Source: Methanothrix sp.
GTDB lineage: Archaea > Halobacteriota > Methanosarcinia > Methanotrichales > Methanotrichaceae
Length of the DNA stretch: 64,000 nt
Direction: 5' to 3'
Assembly (NCBI GenBank): GCA_037128175.1
Contig: JBAXWY010000006.1
Location: 28,858-92,857 of the forward strand
The position numbers and the translations under genes are program-made. Below are positions 51,778-61,495 of this stretch, in pieces; position 1 is the stretch's first letter, and each line of letters starts with the position of its first letter. The notes below the pieces were generated by a model that searched no databases, was not told where the DNA came from, and saw nothing but the letters and a program-made list of their open reading frames with translations.

Positions 51778-51993
51778 GATGGGCAGCGAGACCGGCAAGC
51801 TCGTGGCCGCAGTAGGGCCTAGTCGGGCCTGGCGAAGGGCGTCAAGGCGGGCAGCATCATCCGGGCCGCGGCCAAGGCCCTGGGCGGGGGCGGAGGAGGT
51901 CGACCGGAGCTGGCGCAAGGTGGGGGGCCCAATGCCGAGAAGCTGGACGAGGCCCTGGCGGCGGGAAGGGAGGCGATGAGGGCAGGGGCGTAA
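51731..51993 (+). pseudogene. Degenerate copy of alaS 3' end (C-Ala/DHHA1 remnant #2)
   Basis: KAEAEIMDGLRIVVHKM-GSETGKLVAAVG / [56 protein letters not shown]; host-like high GC. Confidence 0.85.
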
Positions 51994-52599
51994 GGCCTCT
52001 GCCTCGGTCTTCTTGCGCTCGGATGATGCACGCCGCAATTTCATAGAGGCAGGAGAAGGCGGAAAAGATCCGGTTCATTGAGCAGGGCCTCTATGCGGAC
52101 ACGGATTATGCAAGACAGGATTGCCAAGCGGTCCTCCCGAACATTTCTCCCCAACTCCAATACTCATTTGCCCCGCTCTAACAAGCTGGCCCAGGAGTTC
52201 AACCGGATGGAGCTGGATTTTTTCAGCGATCATCGCACCGCAGGCACGCGCATCTACCGGCAATATTCTCTCACCCAAATCACATCCACCTCACCGGCCA
52301 CCTTACTTGCATATCATTCCCCTGGCCGAGATTATTGCTCTGGCCCAGGCTACAAGAGTGTCATGACGGCAGGCGTGCAAAAGAGCATTATGTTTTTTAA
52401 TAATTTCATACTCCGTCCACGTTTCCTTTTTTTGGGCGCCGTAAGAGTCAATAACTTTATATACATTTAAAAGATATTAATCATATGCTTTATTTGAGAG
52501 TAGTTTACCATAGCATTAATGTGGTGTATATGTAACATTCGAAATAAGATTCAACAATTAAAATATTTATTATATGTTGCAAACCAAGAGGAGTAAGAT

Positions 52600-55500
52600 A
52601 TGTTCGCCAGTAATTTAACCCCGAAGAATAGGCATAGATTAAAGAGAAAAAGCTATTTTAGCATCGGCTTTGCCGGAGTACTCTTTTTTGCCGGCATGCT
52701 ACTTGTGGTATTGATGTCGAACAACAGCGCTGCGATTCCTGGTGATGTCTCAGTTGACAATGTAATCAACGTATCCGACAACCAGAATCTTAGTGCCAAT
52801 GGTGCAACCCCTGGCGCCGAACTTCACTTCAGAACAAAGAGGGCAACACCAGAAGAGAGAAGGGCTGCCGCCGAGCGTTTCAAAGAGATTTATAAACCCG
52901 CCCAGGTACTAGCTCAAGCTAAGGCTCTTGCTGCAGCTCAGAATGTTTCTGCTGCCCCACCGGTCTTTGCCCTCGATCCCGGCGGTGTACCACATTATTT
53001 CGGACCATACGCAAACTGGGCCAACAGCCCGCTGCCTAAGGGCGTTATAACCAGCATCGCGGTTACGGACGGAGGCAGCGGCTACACTGCGGCACCTGTT
53101 GTTATCGTTGATGATGCCTACAACAACATTGGAGTTGTTAGGGCTAATGTTGCGGCAGTGCTTAATGGCGGCGTTATAACCGGCATCACAGTATATGCCG
53201 GTGGCAGTGGATATACGGCTCCAGTAGTCACTATCACCGACCCTACCGGCACGGGCGCCAGTGCTACGGCATACATAGGCGGTCCCCTAGCAGGCGGCAT
53301 GAGAAAATTCGTCGATTCGCTGCCCGGTCTGAATGCAGCCGGAAAGAACGACCTGGGACAGTATATACCAGTTGCCGTTCCGGACAAGACAACCTATCCA
53401 GGATGCGATTACTATGAGATCGCCGTCGTGCAGTACTCCGAGAAGATGCATAGAGACCTTCCCAATACAACTCTGCGAGGATATGTGCAGCTTGAGACAC
53501 CCCAGAATTTGGCCACCAGCAGGCACATCCCACTGAAGTACCCCAACGGCACCGCAATAAAGAACGCAACAACAAACTTGCCTGTTCTTGCACATAATGA
53601 TACCCAATACCTGGGGCCAACTATTGTGGCAGAGAGGGGCGTTCCTGTGCGTGTGAAGTTCCATAACTATCTTCCCACGGATGTCGATGGCGACCTCTTC
53701 ATTCCCGTGGACCACACAGTCATGGGATCAGGAATGGGTCCGATGGGAATGATGGCAAGCCCCATGAACTACAGCGAAAATCGCGCTGCAGTTCATCTGC
53801 ATGGTGGCGATACAGTGTGGATCAGCGATGGAACACCTCACCAGTGGACAACACCTGCCGGTGAGCACACATCCTACCCGAAAGGTGTCAGTGTGAGGAA
53901 TGTCCCGGACATGGACGGCGGAAATGAGCCGCAAGGTACGCTGACTTTCTACTATACCAACGATATGAGTGCCAGGCTGATGTTCTATCATGACCATGCC
54001 TACGGCATCACCCGTCTCAACGTCTACTCCGGAATGGCGGCGGGTTACCTGATCACCGACAACGTAGAACAAGACCTGATCAAAGGTACCGACGTTACCG
54101 GTGTCAATCCTACCAAAGCCAAGCTTCTTCCCGATGTAGGGATTCCTCTGGTCATCCAGGATAAGACCTTCGTTGATAGTACCACCATAGCAGCACAGGA
54201 TCCTACCTGGAACTGGGGGACGGGACCAAGAGACGTGAACGGAAAAATAACAAACGCTGTCACCGGTGACCTCTGGATGCCCCATGTCTACATGACGAAT
54301 CAAAATCCCTGGGACATTACCGGAACTAATGCCTTTGGCCGGTGGATGTATTCCCCCTGGTTCTGGCCTCCCGCCACACCTACAAAGAGAGGGCTGATTC
54401 CTAACCCATACTACACAGGAGGAGCCGGAAGCGCAGCACCCTGGGAGCCGCCCATGATACCCGGAACTCCAAACCCATCCATGGCGATGGAGTCCTTTAT
54501 GGATACGCCCATAATCAATGGCGCTGCTTATCCCAGTCTAGAGGTGGGGCCCAAATCCTATCGCTTCCGCATCCTGAATGCAGCCAACGAGAGATCTTTG
54601 AATTTGCAGATGTATTTGGCAAGTTCCATCATCAATAGCATAACCGTTACCAATGGCGGCAGCGGCTATACACAGCCATCGATCTTTATCACGGATTCTA
54701 CAGGATACGGTCGGGGCGCTACTGCCAGAGCCACGATTTCCGGCGGCATCATTACTGGCATATCTCTTCTGACTGCAGGAAGCAACTATACAGCACCGAT
54801 GGTTACCATTACCGATCCTACCGGCAAGAGCGCTACTGCTACGGCATCAGTCTACACAGGTCTGACGGAAGTGGGCATGGTCCCTGCATCCAATTGTGCA
54901 GGCTTGCCGGCTAACTGGCCGACAGATGGAAGAGATGGCGGTGTACCTGATCCACTACGAAAAGGTCCGTCATTTATCCAAATTGGCAGCGAAGGCGGCT
55001 ACCTGCCGGCACCAGTAGTGATAGAGAACCAGCCGGTTACTTTTATCGGAAATGCGCAGGCGTTCAACTTCGGAAATGTAGATAAGCATACACTTCTGCT
55101 GGGGCCGGCGGAGCGGGCGGATGTCATCATCGACTTCTCCCAATATGCAGGAAAGACCATCATTCTCTACAATGATGCACCTGCGGCGTTCCCAGCGGCG
55201 GACCCGCGTGTGGATTACTACACTCATGACGTGGACCAGAGGGATACGGGAGGTGCACCAACAACTCAACCGGGATATGGCCCCAATACCAGGACCATCA
55301 TGCAGATCAATGTGAAGGCAACAACAAGACCAGATCCTGCTTACGATCTGGCCACACTCAATCAGGTATTTGCCAAAAAGGCAGGCAAGAGGGGCGTATT
55401 TGAGGTATCGCAACCGCCGATCATCGTTCCGCAGGCAGCTTACAACTCCGCCTACGACAAGACGTTCCCCTTCGATGTTATTAAACAATACGTTCAGCTC

Positions 55501-56877
55501 TACCAATCCAGCCATACATTCTGGAATATTGGCGGCTCGGAACTGACGATCCCACTGGAGCCCAAGGCAATCCATGATGAGATGAACGCTGCCTATGACG
55601 AAGAGTACGGACGGATGAGTGGTTTATTAGGGCTTGAAATGCAAACTACTAACCCCTTGAATCAGAATTTCATGCTCTACGGATTCGCAAGTCCACCTGT
55701 CGAGGTCATAAAGGACTCCATGACGCCTCTCTCTGAACCATCTGCAGGCGATGGGACTCAGATCTGGAAGATCACGCACAATGGTGTTGATACCCACACA
55801 TATCACTTCCATCTGTACAATGTGCAGGTCATCAACAGAGTTGCATGGGATGGCATTCTCTTACCGCCTGATGCCAATGAGCTGGGCTGGAAGGAGACTG
55901 TCAGGACCAACCCCCTGGAGCATACCATTGTGGCCTTGAGACCGGTTGCACCACGGGTGCCTTTCAAGGTTCCCAACAGCACCCGCTTGATTGACCCGAC
56001 AATGCCTGCAGGAGACATTCTGAAGGGCCCGCCTGGTGGATTCCTTGACCCGGCTGGAAATCCGGTTACCGTCTTGAACCATCTGGTCAACTTCGGTTGG
56101 GAGTACATGATACACTGCCATCTCCTGGGCCATGAAGAGATGGATATGATGCACACCCAGGTGTTTGCAGTTGCACCGGAAGCGCCGACTAACCTTGCAG
56201 TCACTGTAGGCAGTCCTGTTACTTTAACATGGGTGGACAATTCCATCAGCGAAACCGGATTCACCATCCAGAGAGCAAAGGATGCCGCATTCACCGTGGA
56301 TCTGACTACATTCACAGTTGGACCAAATGTAGTAACATACATCGATAATACGGCAGTGCCTGGTACAACATACTACTACAGGGTGCGAGCTGACAACCTG
56401 GTAGGCGATACCACAGTGTATCCGGCTCCTGCTGTTGGATTCCCCCAGAAGACGGCTGAATCAAAATGGTCAAACTTGGCGGTCAACCTGTATGTTTCCA
56501 TTGCTCTTCAGGCCTTCAATGGCCAGTATGTCTGTGCAGAGGGCAGCGGCGGTGATGGAGTCGTAGCTAACCGTAATGTCATCGGTCCCTGGGAGACTTT
56601 CAAGCTCATCGATCAGGGCAACGGCAATGTGGCTCTGCAAGCCTTCAATGGCCAGTTCGTCTGTGCTGAAGGTGGCGGTGGCGGCCTTTTGGTAGCTAAC
56701 CGCAATTGGATCCTCGGATGGGAGACTTTCAAGCGCATAGATCTGGGCGGCGGCAATATAGCTTTGCAGGCCGCCAATGGCCAGTACGTTTGTGCGGAAG
56801 GAGGCGGCGGACGTGAGGTGGTGGCTAACCGCGATTGGATCCGCGAATGGGAGACTTTCAAGCTGATCGCAATCTAA
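52600..56877 (+). CDS. Large exported multicopper oxidase with inserted GGSGYT repeats, FN3 and C-terminal fascin-like domain
   Basis: Cu motifs VHLHGG, FYHDH, HTYHFHL and HCHLLGHEEMDM; FN3 (APTNL...LTW.DN..YYYRVRA); 3 fascin repeats. Confidence 0.88.
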   Translation: MFASNLTPKNRHRLKRKSYFSIGFAGVLFFAGMLLVVLMSNNSAAIPGDVSVDNVINVSDNQNLSANGATPGAELHFRTKRATPEERRAAAERFKEIYKPAQVLAQAKALAAAQNVSAAPPVFALDPGGVPHYFGPYANWANSPLPKGVITSIAVTDGGSGYTAAPVVIVDDAYNNIGVVRANVAAVLNGGVITGITVYAGGSGYTAPVVTITDPTGTGASATAYIGGPLAGGMRKFVDSLPGLNAAGKNDLGQYIPVAVPDKTTYPGCDYYEIAVVQYSEKMHRDLPNTTLRGYVQLETPQNLATSRHIPLKYPNGTAIKNATTNLPVLAHNDTQYLGPTIVAERGVPVRVKFHNYLPTDVDGDLFIPVDHTVMGSGMGPMGMMASPMNYSENRAAVHLHGGDTVWISDGTPHQWTTPAGEHTSYPKGVSVRNVPDMDGGNEPQGTLTFYYTNDMSARLMFYHDHAYGITRLNVYSGMAAGYLITDNVEQDLIKGTDVTGVNPTKAKLLPDVGIPLVIQDKTFVDSTTIAAQDPTWNWGTGPRDVNGKITNAVTGDLWMPHVYMTNQNPWDITGTNAFGRWMYSPWFWPPATPTKRGLIPNPYYTGGAGSAAPWEPPMIPGTPNPSMAMESFMDTPIINGAAYPSLEVGPKSYRFRILNAANERSLNLQMYLASSIINSITVTNGGSGYTQPSIFITDSTGYGRGATARATISGGIITGISLLTAGSNYTAPMVTITDPTGKSATATASVYTGLTEVGMVPASNCAGLPANWPTDGRDGGVPDPLRKGPSFIQIGSEGGYLPAPVVIENQPVTFIGNAQAFNFGNVDKHTLLLGPAERADVIIDFSQYAGKTIILYNDAPAAFPAADPRVDYYTHDVDQRDTGGAPTTQPGYGPNTRTIMQINVKATTRPDPAYDLATLNQVFAKKAGKRGVFEVSQPPIIVPQAAYNSAYDKTFPFDVIKQYVQLYQSSHTFWNIGGSELTIPLEPKAIHDEMNAAYDEEYGRMSGLLGLEMQTTNPLNQNFMLYGFASPPVEVIKDSMTPLSEPSAGDGTQIWKITHNGVDTHTYHFHLYNVQVINRVAWDGILLPPDANELGWKETVRTNPLEHTIVALRPVAPRVPFKVPNSTRLIDPTMPAGDILKGPPGGFLDPAGNPVTVLNHLVNFGWEYMIHCHLLGHEEMDMMHTQVFAVAPEAPTNLAVTVGSPVTLTWVDNSISETGFTIQRAKDAAFTVDLTTFTVGPNVVTYIDNTAVPGTTYYYRVRADNLVGDTTVYPAPAVGFPQKTAESKWSNLAVNLYVSIALQAFNGQYVCAEGSGGDGVVANRNVIGPWETFKLIDQGNGNVALQAFNGQFVCAEGGGGGLLVANRNWILGWETFKRIDLGGGNIALQAANGQYVCAEGGGGREVVANRDWIREWETFKLIAI

Positions 56878-56984
56878 GAGACTGCTAGATGTGCTGTCCT
56901 ATCCTTTTTACAGGAAGGGATGGCTATATTTTTATGGAGTGAGCAATAATTGAGTTTTGCATGAAAAACTGTTGAGATGATACC

Positions 56985-57707
56985 ATGAGATACGAATTAG
57001 CTCTCTTATTTGCGCTTAACCTATTGGTTTTCGCAATGCCGGCAACTGCTGAAAACGTTGATCAATATATAAGGAACCTTGAAGATGAAAATAGCGTTAC
57101 TAAAGCGGATGCTGCAATGGCTCTTGGTGAGCTCAATGACACAAGCGCTATTGACCCGTTGATTCAAGCCCTTAAAGATGAGAACAGCTCGGTTCGATCT
57201 GAGTCGGCCAAAGCTCTGGGATGGATCAAAGACAAACGCGCACTCGACCCATTAATTCAGGCTTTGAATGACCAGGATGGAGAAGTTCGCGGGTCAGTCG
57301 TAGCGGCTCTCGGTGAGTTGAAAGACAATCAAGCCGCAGATCCGCTAATACAATCTCTGCGTGATGATATGGTCTCAGTCAGGGCTAAAGCTGCCAAAGC
57401 TCTGGGAAAGATTGGGGATGAAAAAGCCGTCGATCCATTGATCCAGGCTCTAAAGGATGAAGACCCCATAGTAAGGTATCAATCGGCAGAAGCTCTGGGC
57501 AATATAAAAGACGACCGAGCAGTCGATCCACTGATAGAGGCTCTGAATGATGAGGATAACAGTGTAAGATACTGGACGATAGTGGCTTTGGGAAATATAG
57601 GTGACACCCGTGCTACAGAACCATTGACTAAAGTGTCTCAGGAGGATAGTGATAGTTACGTCCGAAATGCTGCAGAAGATGTACTGAAGAGACAGGGATG
57701 GAAATAA
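56985..57707 (+). CDS. Signal-peptide-bearing HEAT-repeat (PBS-lyase-like) protein
   Basis: Six to seven 31-aa repeats DPLIQAL.DE...VR..AA.ALG.I.D. Confidence 0.88.
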   Translation: MRYELALLFALNLLVFAMPATAENVDQYIRNLEDENSVTKADAAMALGELNDTSAIDPLIQALKDENSSVRSESAKALGWIKDKRALDPLIQALNDQDGEVRGSVVAALGELKDNQAADPLIQSLRDDMVSVRAKAAKALGKIGDEKAVDPLIQALKDEDPIVRYQSAEALGNIKDDRAVDPLIEALNDEDNSVRYWTIVALGNIGDTRATEPLTKVSQEDSDSYVRNAAEDVLKRQGWK

Positions 57708-57794
57708 GGGAAACTGGCAATTATGCTCGCAAGCATGCACCTTTGATATGATAAGAAATGAAGAGCACCTCATTCTTATTTTATTATAAAACGC

Positions 57795-57925
57795 AATACC
57801 CGCAGCTTGCTGCGACTGGGATAAAGGGCATACGTATTCAACTTAGGCTTGGATCAATCAGCCCTACCGGGTTCCATTTTCATGCGGCGACGCTTTGGAT
57901 GCCCCGCAGCTTGCTGCGCGGGTGC
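57795..57925. mobile_element. Short non-autonomous element with two palindromic ends (IS200/IS605-type PATE or REP-like)
   Basis: ATACCCGCAGCTTGCTGCG (57796-57814) and ATGCCCCGCAGCTTGCTGCG (57899-57918), each a CGCAGC-TT-GCTGCG palindrome. Confidence 0.55.
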
Positions 57926-57977
57926 GCCGCCGCCGTTTCACTCTTTTGAGATAATGATCTATCTCTCCAACACCCAT

Positions 57978-59921
57978 CTATGGCCTGATTAGATTTAATG
58001 TTTCCCAGGCACCTATTTCGTTGCGGTCGGCTACAACTTCACCGCCGCCTTCTGCACAGATATATTGGCCATTGGCCGCTTGAATAGCCATCTTGCCAAG
58101 ACCGATTAGCTTGAAAGTCTCCCAGGCACCTATAGCATTGCGGTTGGCTACGACTGTTCCGCCACCGCTGCCTTCTGCGCATAAATACTGACCGTTGGCT
58201 GCCTGGAGGGCTACATTATCGTTTCCTATATAGATTAGCTTAAATGTCTCCCAAGCAGTTATTGCATTGCGGTTGGCTACGACTGTTCCGCCACCGCTGC
58301 CTTCTGCGCATAAATACTGACCGTTGGCTGCCTGGAGGGCTACATTATCGTTTCCTATATAGATTAGCTTAAATGTCTCCCAGGCACCTATTGCATTGCG
58401 GTTGGCTACGACTGCTCCGCCACCGCTGCCTTCTGCGCATAAATACTGGCCATTGGCTGCCTGAAGGGCTACTTTTTTCAGATCAATGAATTTGAAGGTC
58501 TCCCATGCGCCGATAGCATCGCGGTTAGCCACGACCTCGCGACCTCCTCCTCCTTCCGCACAGAGAAACTGGCCATTATGAGCTTCAAGAGCTACTTTGC
58601 TATTTCCTTGATCGACAAGTCGGAATGTCTCCCAGGCACCTATTGCATCGCGGTTGGCCACAACTCCATCTCCTCCGCCGCCCTCTGCACAGACGTACTG
58701 GCCGTTGGAGGTCTGAATGGCTATGTTGCTAAGATCTACGAGATTAAACGTCTCCCATGCGCCGATATCATTACGGTTAGCTACGACTTCGCCTCCACCG
58801 CTACCTTCCGCACATAGGTACTGACCATTAGCTGCCTGAAGAGCTACATTGCCGTTCCCTACATCGATGAGCTTGAACGTCTCCCAAGCGCCTATAGCAT
58901 TACGGTTTGCTGTAATTTCGCCGCCACCGCTGCCTTCTGCACAGAGAAAATAACCGTTGTCAGCTTGAAGAGCTACGTTACCATTTCCTTGATTGATAAG
59001 CCCGAATATTGCCCAGTTGCCAATTGAATTGAGATTGGCCCGGACATCGGTGCCGCCACCATTTATTGCGCAAACATACTGACCATTGACTGCCTGAAGG
59101 GCAACATAATTTGGCAAATATTTGTTGGGATCATTCATATATTCATTGATATGCTCGTTTTGTGCCTCCCATGATTGTAATAAATTTGCTGGTTCTAATT
59201 GCGAACTTACTGCCCATTCATTTATAAAATCAATGACTTTTCCAAGTTCTATTTCCTCGTTTTTCCATAAGTTAATGGCGCGAATTACATCCGCAAGCAT
59301 AACTGCCGGATTAAGGGTAAGATCATAATATCCATCTATGTAATAACTACATATTTTATTATGATCGCCGCCATAGTCTTTAATTGCCTTGCTTCTTCCA
59401 TCATCATAACCCCGTTGTGCATCGCTGCGGCAATCGTATGGAACCCCATAGCAATAGTGGTAAATGACTCCGCCATTTCCTGGAAAATCATCGCATCTTG
59501 GAGCACATACTTGAAATTGAATGTTATATGTAGTCTCTTCTTCCGGCAACCATCGATCGCAATCTTCGCTTAGACCTAATTTTCTATCTATGGCGCCTCT
59601 TGCTCTCCACTTCGTAACTATATATTGTTTCCCATCCGCCAATCCCTTTCTATATCCCTGTTGATAATCATCATTACCCTTAAAGCCCTCCATTATCATA
59701 TTCGTATACCCAATGAATTCTAATAGGACCTGCAAAGCATCCAATGGAGATGCTATCGAGTTGCTCTGCAGGGATGACAATAACCCCGTCTCATTGCTGC
59801 TCTGCCGAATGCTGGTATCATTGCTTAAGGTGTAATTTGATTGAAACTCCTCAGCACATATTACATTAAAACAAAGCGGCATTACAAGGATTATTAGGAT
59901 TACGAGTTTCGTTTCGTTCAT
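57978..59921 (-). CDS. Secreted protein with unique N-terminal domain and nine fascin-like repeats
   Basis: Signal peptide; 9x ALQAxNGQYLCAEGxGGxxVVANRxAIGAWETF. Confidence 0.85.
   Translation of the reverse strand: MNETKLVILIILVMPLCFNVICAEEFQSNYTLSNDTSIRQSSNETGLLSSLQSNSIASPLDALQVLLEFIGYTNMIMEGFKGNDDYQQGYRKGLADGKQYIVTKWRARGAIDRKLGLSEDCDRWLPEEETTYNIQFQVCAPRCDDFPGNGGVIYHYCYGVPYDCRSDAQRGYDDGRSKAIKDYGGDHNKICSYYIDGYYDLTLNPAVMLADVIRAINLWKNEEIELGKVIDFINEWAVSSQLEPANLLQSWEAQNEHINEYMNDPNKYLPNYVALQAVNGQYVCAINGGGTDVRANLNSIGNWAIFGLINQGNGNVALQADNGYFLCAEGSGGGEITANRNAIGAWETFKLIDVGNGNVALQAANGQYLCAEGSGGGEVVANRNDIGAWETFNLVDLSNIAIQTSNGQYVCAEGGGGDGVVANRDAIGAWETFRLVDQGNSKVALEAHNGQFLCAEGGGGREVVANRDAIGAWETFKFIDLKKVALQAANGQYLCAEGSGGGAVVANRNAIGAWETFKLIYIGNDNVALQAANGQYLCAEGSGGGTVVANRNAITAWETFKLIYIGNDNVALQAANGQYLCAEGSGGGTVVANRNAIGAWETFKLIGLGKMAIQAANGQYICAEGGGEVVADRNEIGAWETLNLIRP
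58117..58475. repeat. Near-identical 129-bp tandem repeats (fascin units)
   Basis: GTCTCCCA... unit starts at 58117, 58246 and 58375. Confidence 0.9.
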
Positions 59922-60066
59922 TACTACAACCTCATGTCATCTTATTAATCAATCCAATAACTATTACAGCATTAACTTATAAAAATAGCTTTCTATTTTG
60001 GAGGACTTCTATGTCGTCCCAACATTGTAGTCCAATGATTTCAATTGGAATCCACATAACTCATTT

Positions 60067-60288
60067 CAGTATGTCTGTGCGGAAGGCGGTGGTGGAAATG
60101 TAGTTGTGGCTAACCGAGATGCAATAGCTGCTTGGGAGACCTTGAGGATAGTCAATCTGGGAAATGGCAATTATGCTCTACGTGCCGCTAATGGCCAATA
60201 TGTCTGTGCCGAATTTGGTGGTGGAGATGGAGTTATGGCTAATCGAAACGCAATAGGTGCGCGGGAAACATTAAGAATAATCCCGTAA
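60067..60288 (+). pseudogene. Orphan fascin-repeat fragment
   Basis: QYVCAEGGGGNVVVANRDAIAAWETL...YALRAANGQYVCAE...; in-frame TAG at 60028 upstream and no start ahead of the first repeat. Confidence 0.65.
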
Positions 60289-60479
60289 TAGGATGTCGAC
60301 AAAAAACGCCATCCTTCTGGAGTTAACGAGAGAATTTACCTGAAACTCGTAAATGTTGGAGATCTCCTCAGGCGGCGCGCCTGCAGCGCAGGTTGCCGCA
60401 TATAACTTTAATACTCAAGGAAAGGATTGCATTGCACACACTCACTAGCAATAAAATGGCAAGCAGAAGGACGCTACAA

Positions 60480-61358
60480 ATGAAGCTAAATAGGTTATTG
60501 ATACTCGTAATGGCCTTAGCAGTTATAGCCTGCAGCGGCTGTTTAACTGAAACCGAACAAAATAAGATGCAAGAGAGTGCCCCGCAGAATTCTTCATCGT
60601 TTATGGCTTTTGGCCCAGGCTTCCATAACCCAGAAGACTGGTCCGGCACCCCAACCCGCTGGATGAAGGACAACGCCACCCTACTGGTAAACTCGTCTGA
60701 GAATCGCACCGCCACTTTGAGCCTGAATGCGCAAAGCTTCTACCGCAACCGGACGCTTGTTGTATACATAGGCAATGAGCTTGTGACAAAGGCGGCAATA
60801 CCAACGAAAGGCTTCGTCGAGATTGAGGCACGAATCCACCTGGTAAAGGGCATAAACGCCCTCAGACTTCGCGTTCTTGAAGGATGCGAACAACCGAGCG
60901 ATATTAAGGAGTTGAACAGCTCTGATGAACGGTGTTTAGGCGTAGCTATTCAGAACATAGCTCTGGACGAGAGGAAATCCAGCCAGTTGAAATACCTCAA
61001 GGGCTTCTATGATACCGAGAACTGGGCTGGTGCCCCCTCCCGTTGGATGCAAGCCAATGCCACCCTCCTGGTAAACTCCTCTGAGAATCGTACCGCTACC
61101 CTGAGCTTGAATGCGCAGAGCTTCTATCGCAATCGTACGCTGGAGATCTCCTCAGGCGGCTCGCCTACAGCACAGGTTGCCTTGCCCACTAGCTTTATCG
61201 ACGTGAGCGTGCCATTGCAGCTTGCAAAAGGGCCCAACGTCGTGTACCTGCGCGTGCCAGAAGGCTGCGAGATGCCAAGCGATATCAAGGAGCTAAACAA
61301 CCCTGATGAAAGGTGCCTGAGCGTGGCGGTTAAGAGCATAACACTGGATGAGAGGTAA
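60480..61358 (+). CDS. Lipoprotein with two tandem about 135-aa beta-sandwich domains
   Basis: Lipobox CSGC; duplicated GF...E.W.G.P.RWM..NATLLVNSSENRTATLSLNAQSFYRNRTL...EGCE.PSDIKELN..DERCL. Confidence 0.8.
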   Translation: MKLNRLLILVMALAVIACSGCLTETEQNKMQESAPQNSSSFMAFGPGFHNPEDWSGTPTRWMKDNATLLVNSSENRTATLSLNAQSFYRNRTLVVYIGNELVTKAAIPTKGFVEIEARIHLVKGINALRLRVLEGCEQPSDIKELNSSDERCLGVAIQNIALDERKSSQLKYLKGFYDTENWAGAPSRWMQANATLLVNSSENRTATLSLNAQSFYRNRTLEISSGGSPTAQVALPTSFIDVSVPLQLAKGPNVVYLRVPEGCEMPSDIKELNNPDERCLSVAVKSITLDER

Positions 61359-61495
61359 GGCGGTCAGGCGGCTTGCCTTTAACTTGTAGGATTGCGAAGG
61401 ACGAATTTCGCTGACCGCGGGTCAACGAGAGTCTCGACGAGATGATGTCAAAAGTCTAAAAAAAATTGAGTGGCGCGATTCTCGCGCCTCCTTTC

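Noticed and set aside
51994-52470. ORFs downstream of the last alaS remnant
   Set aside because: Possibly decayed cargo, but no motif could be recognised to support a call.
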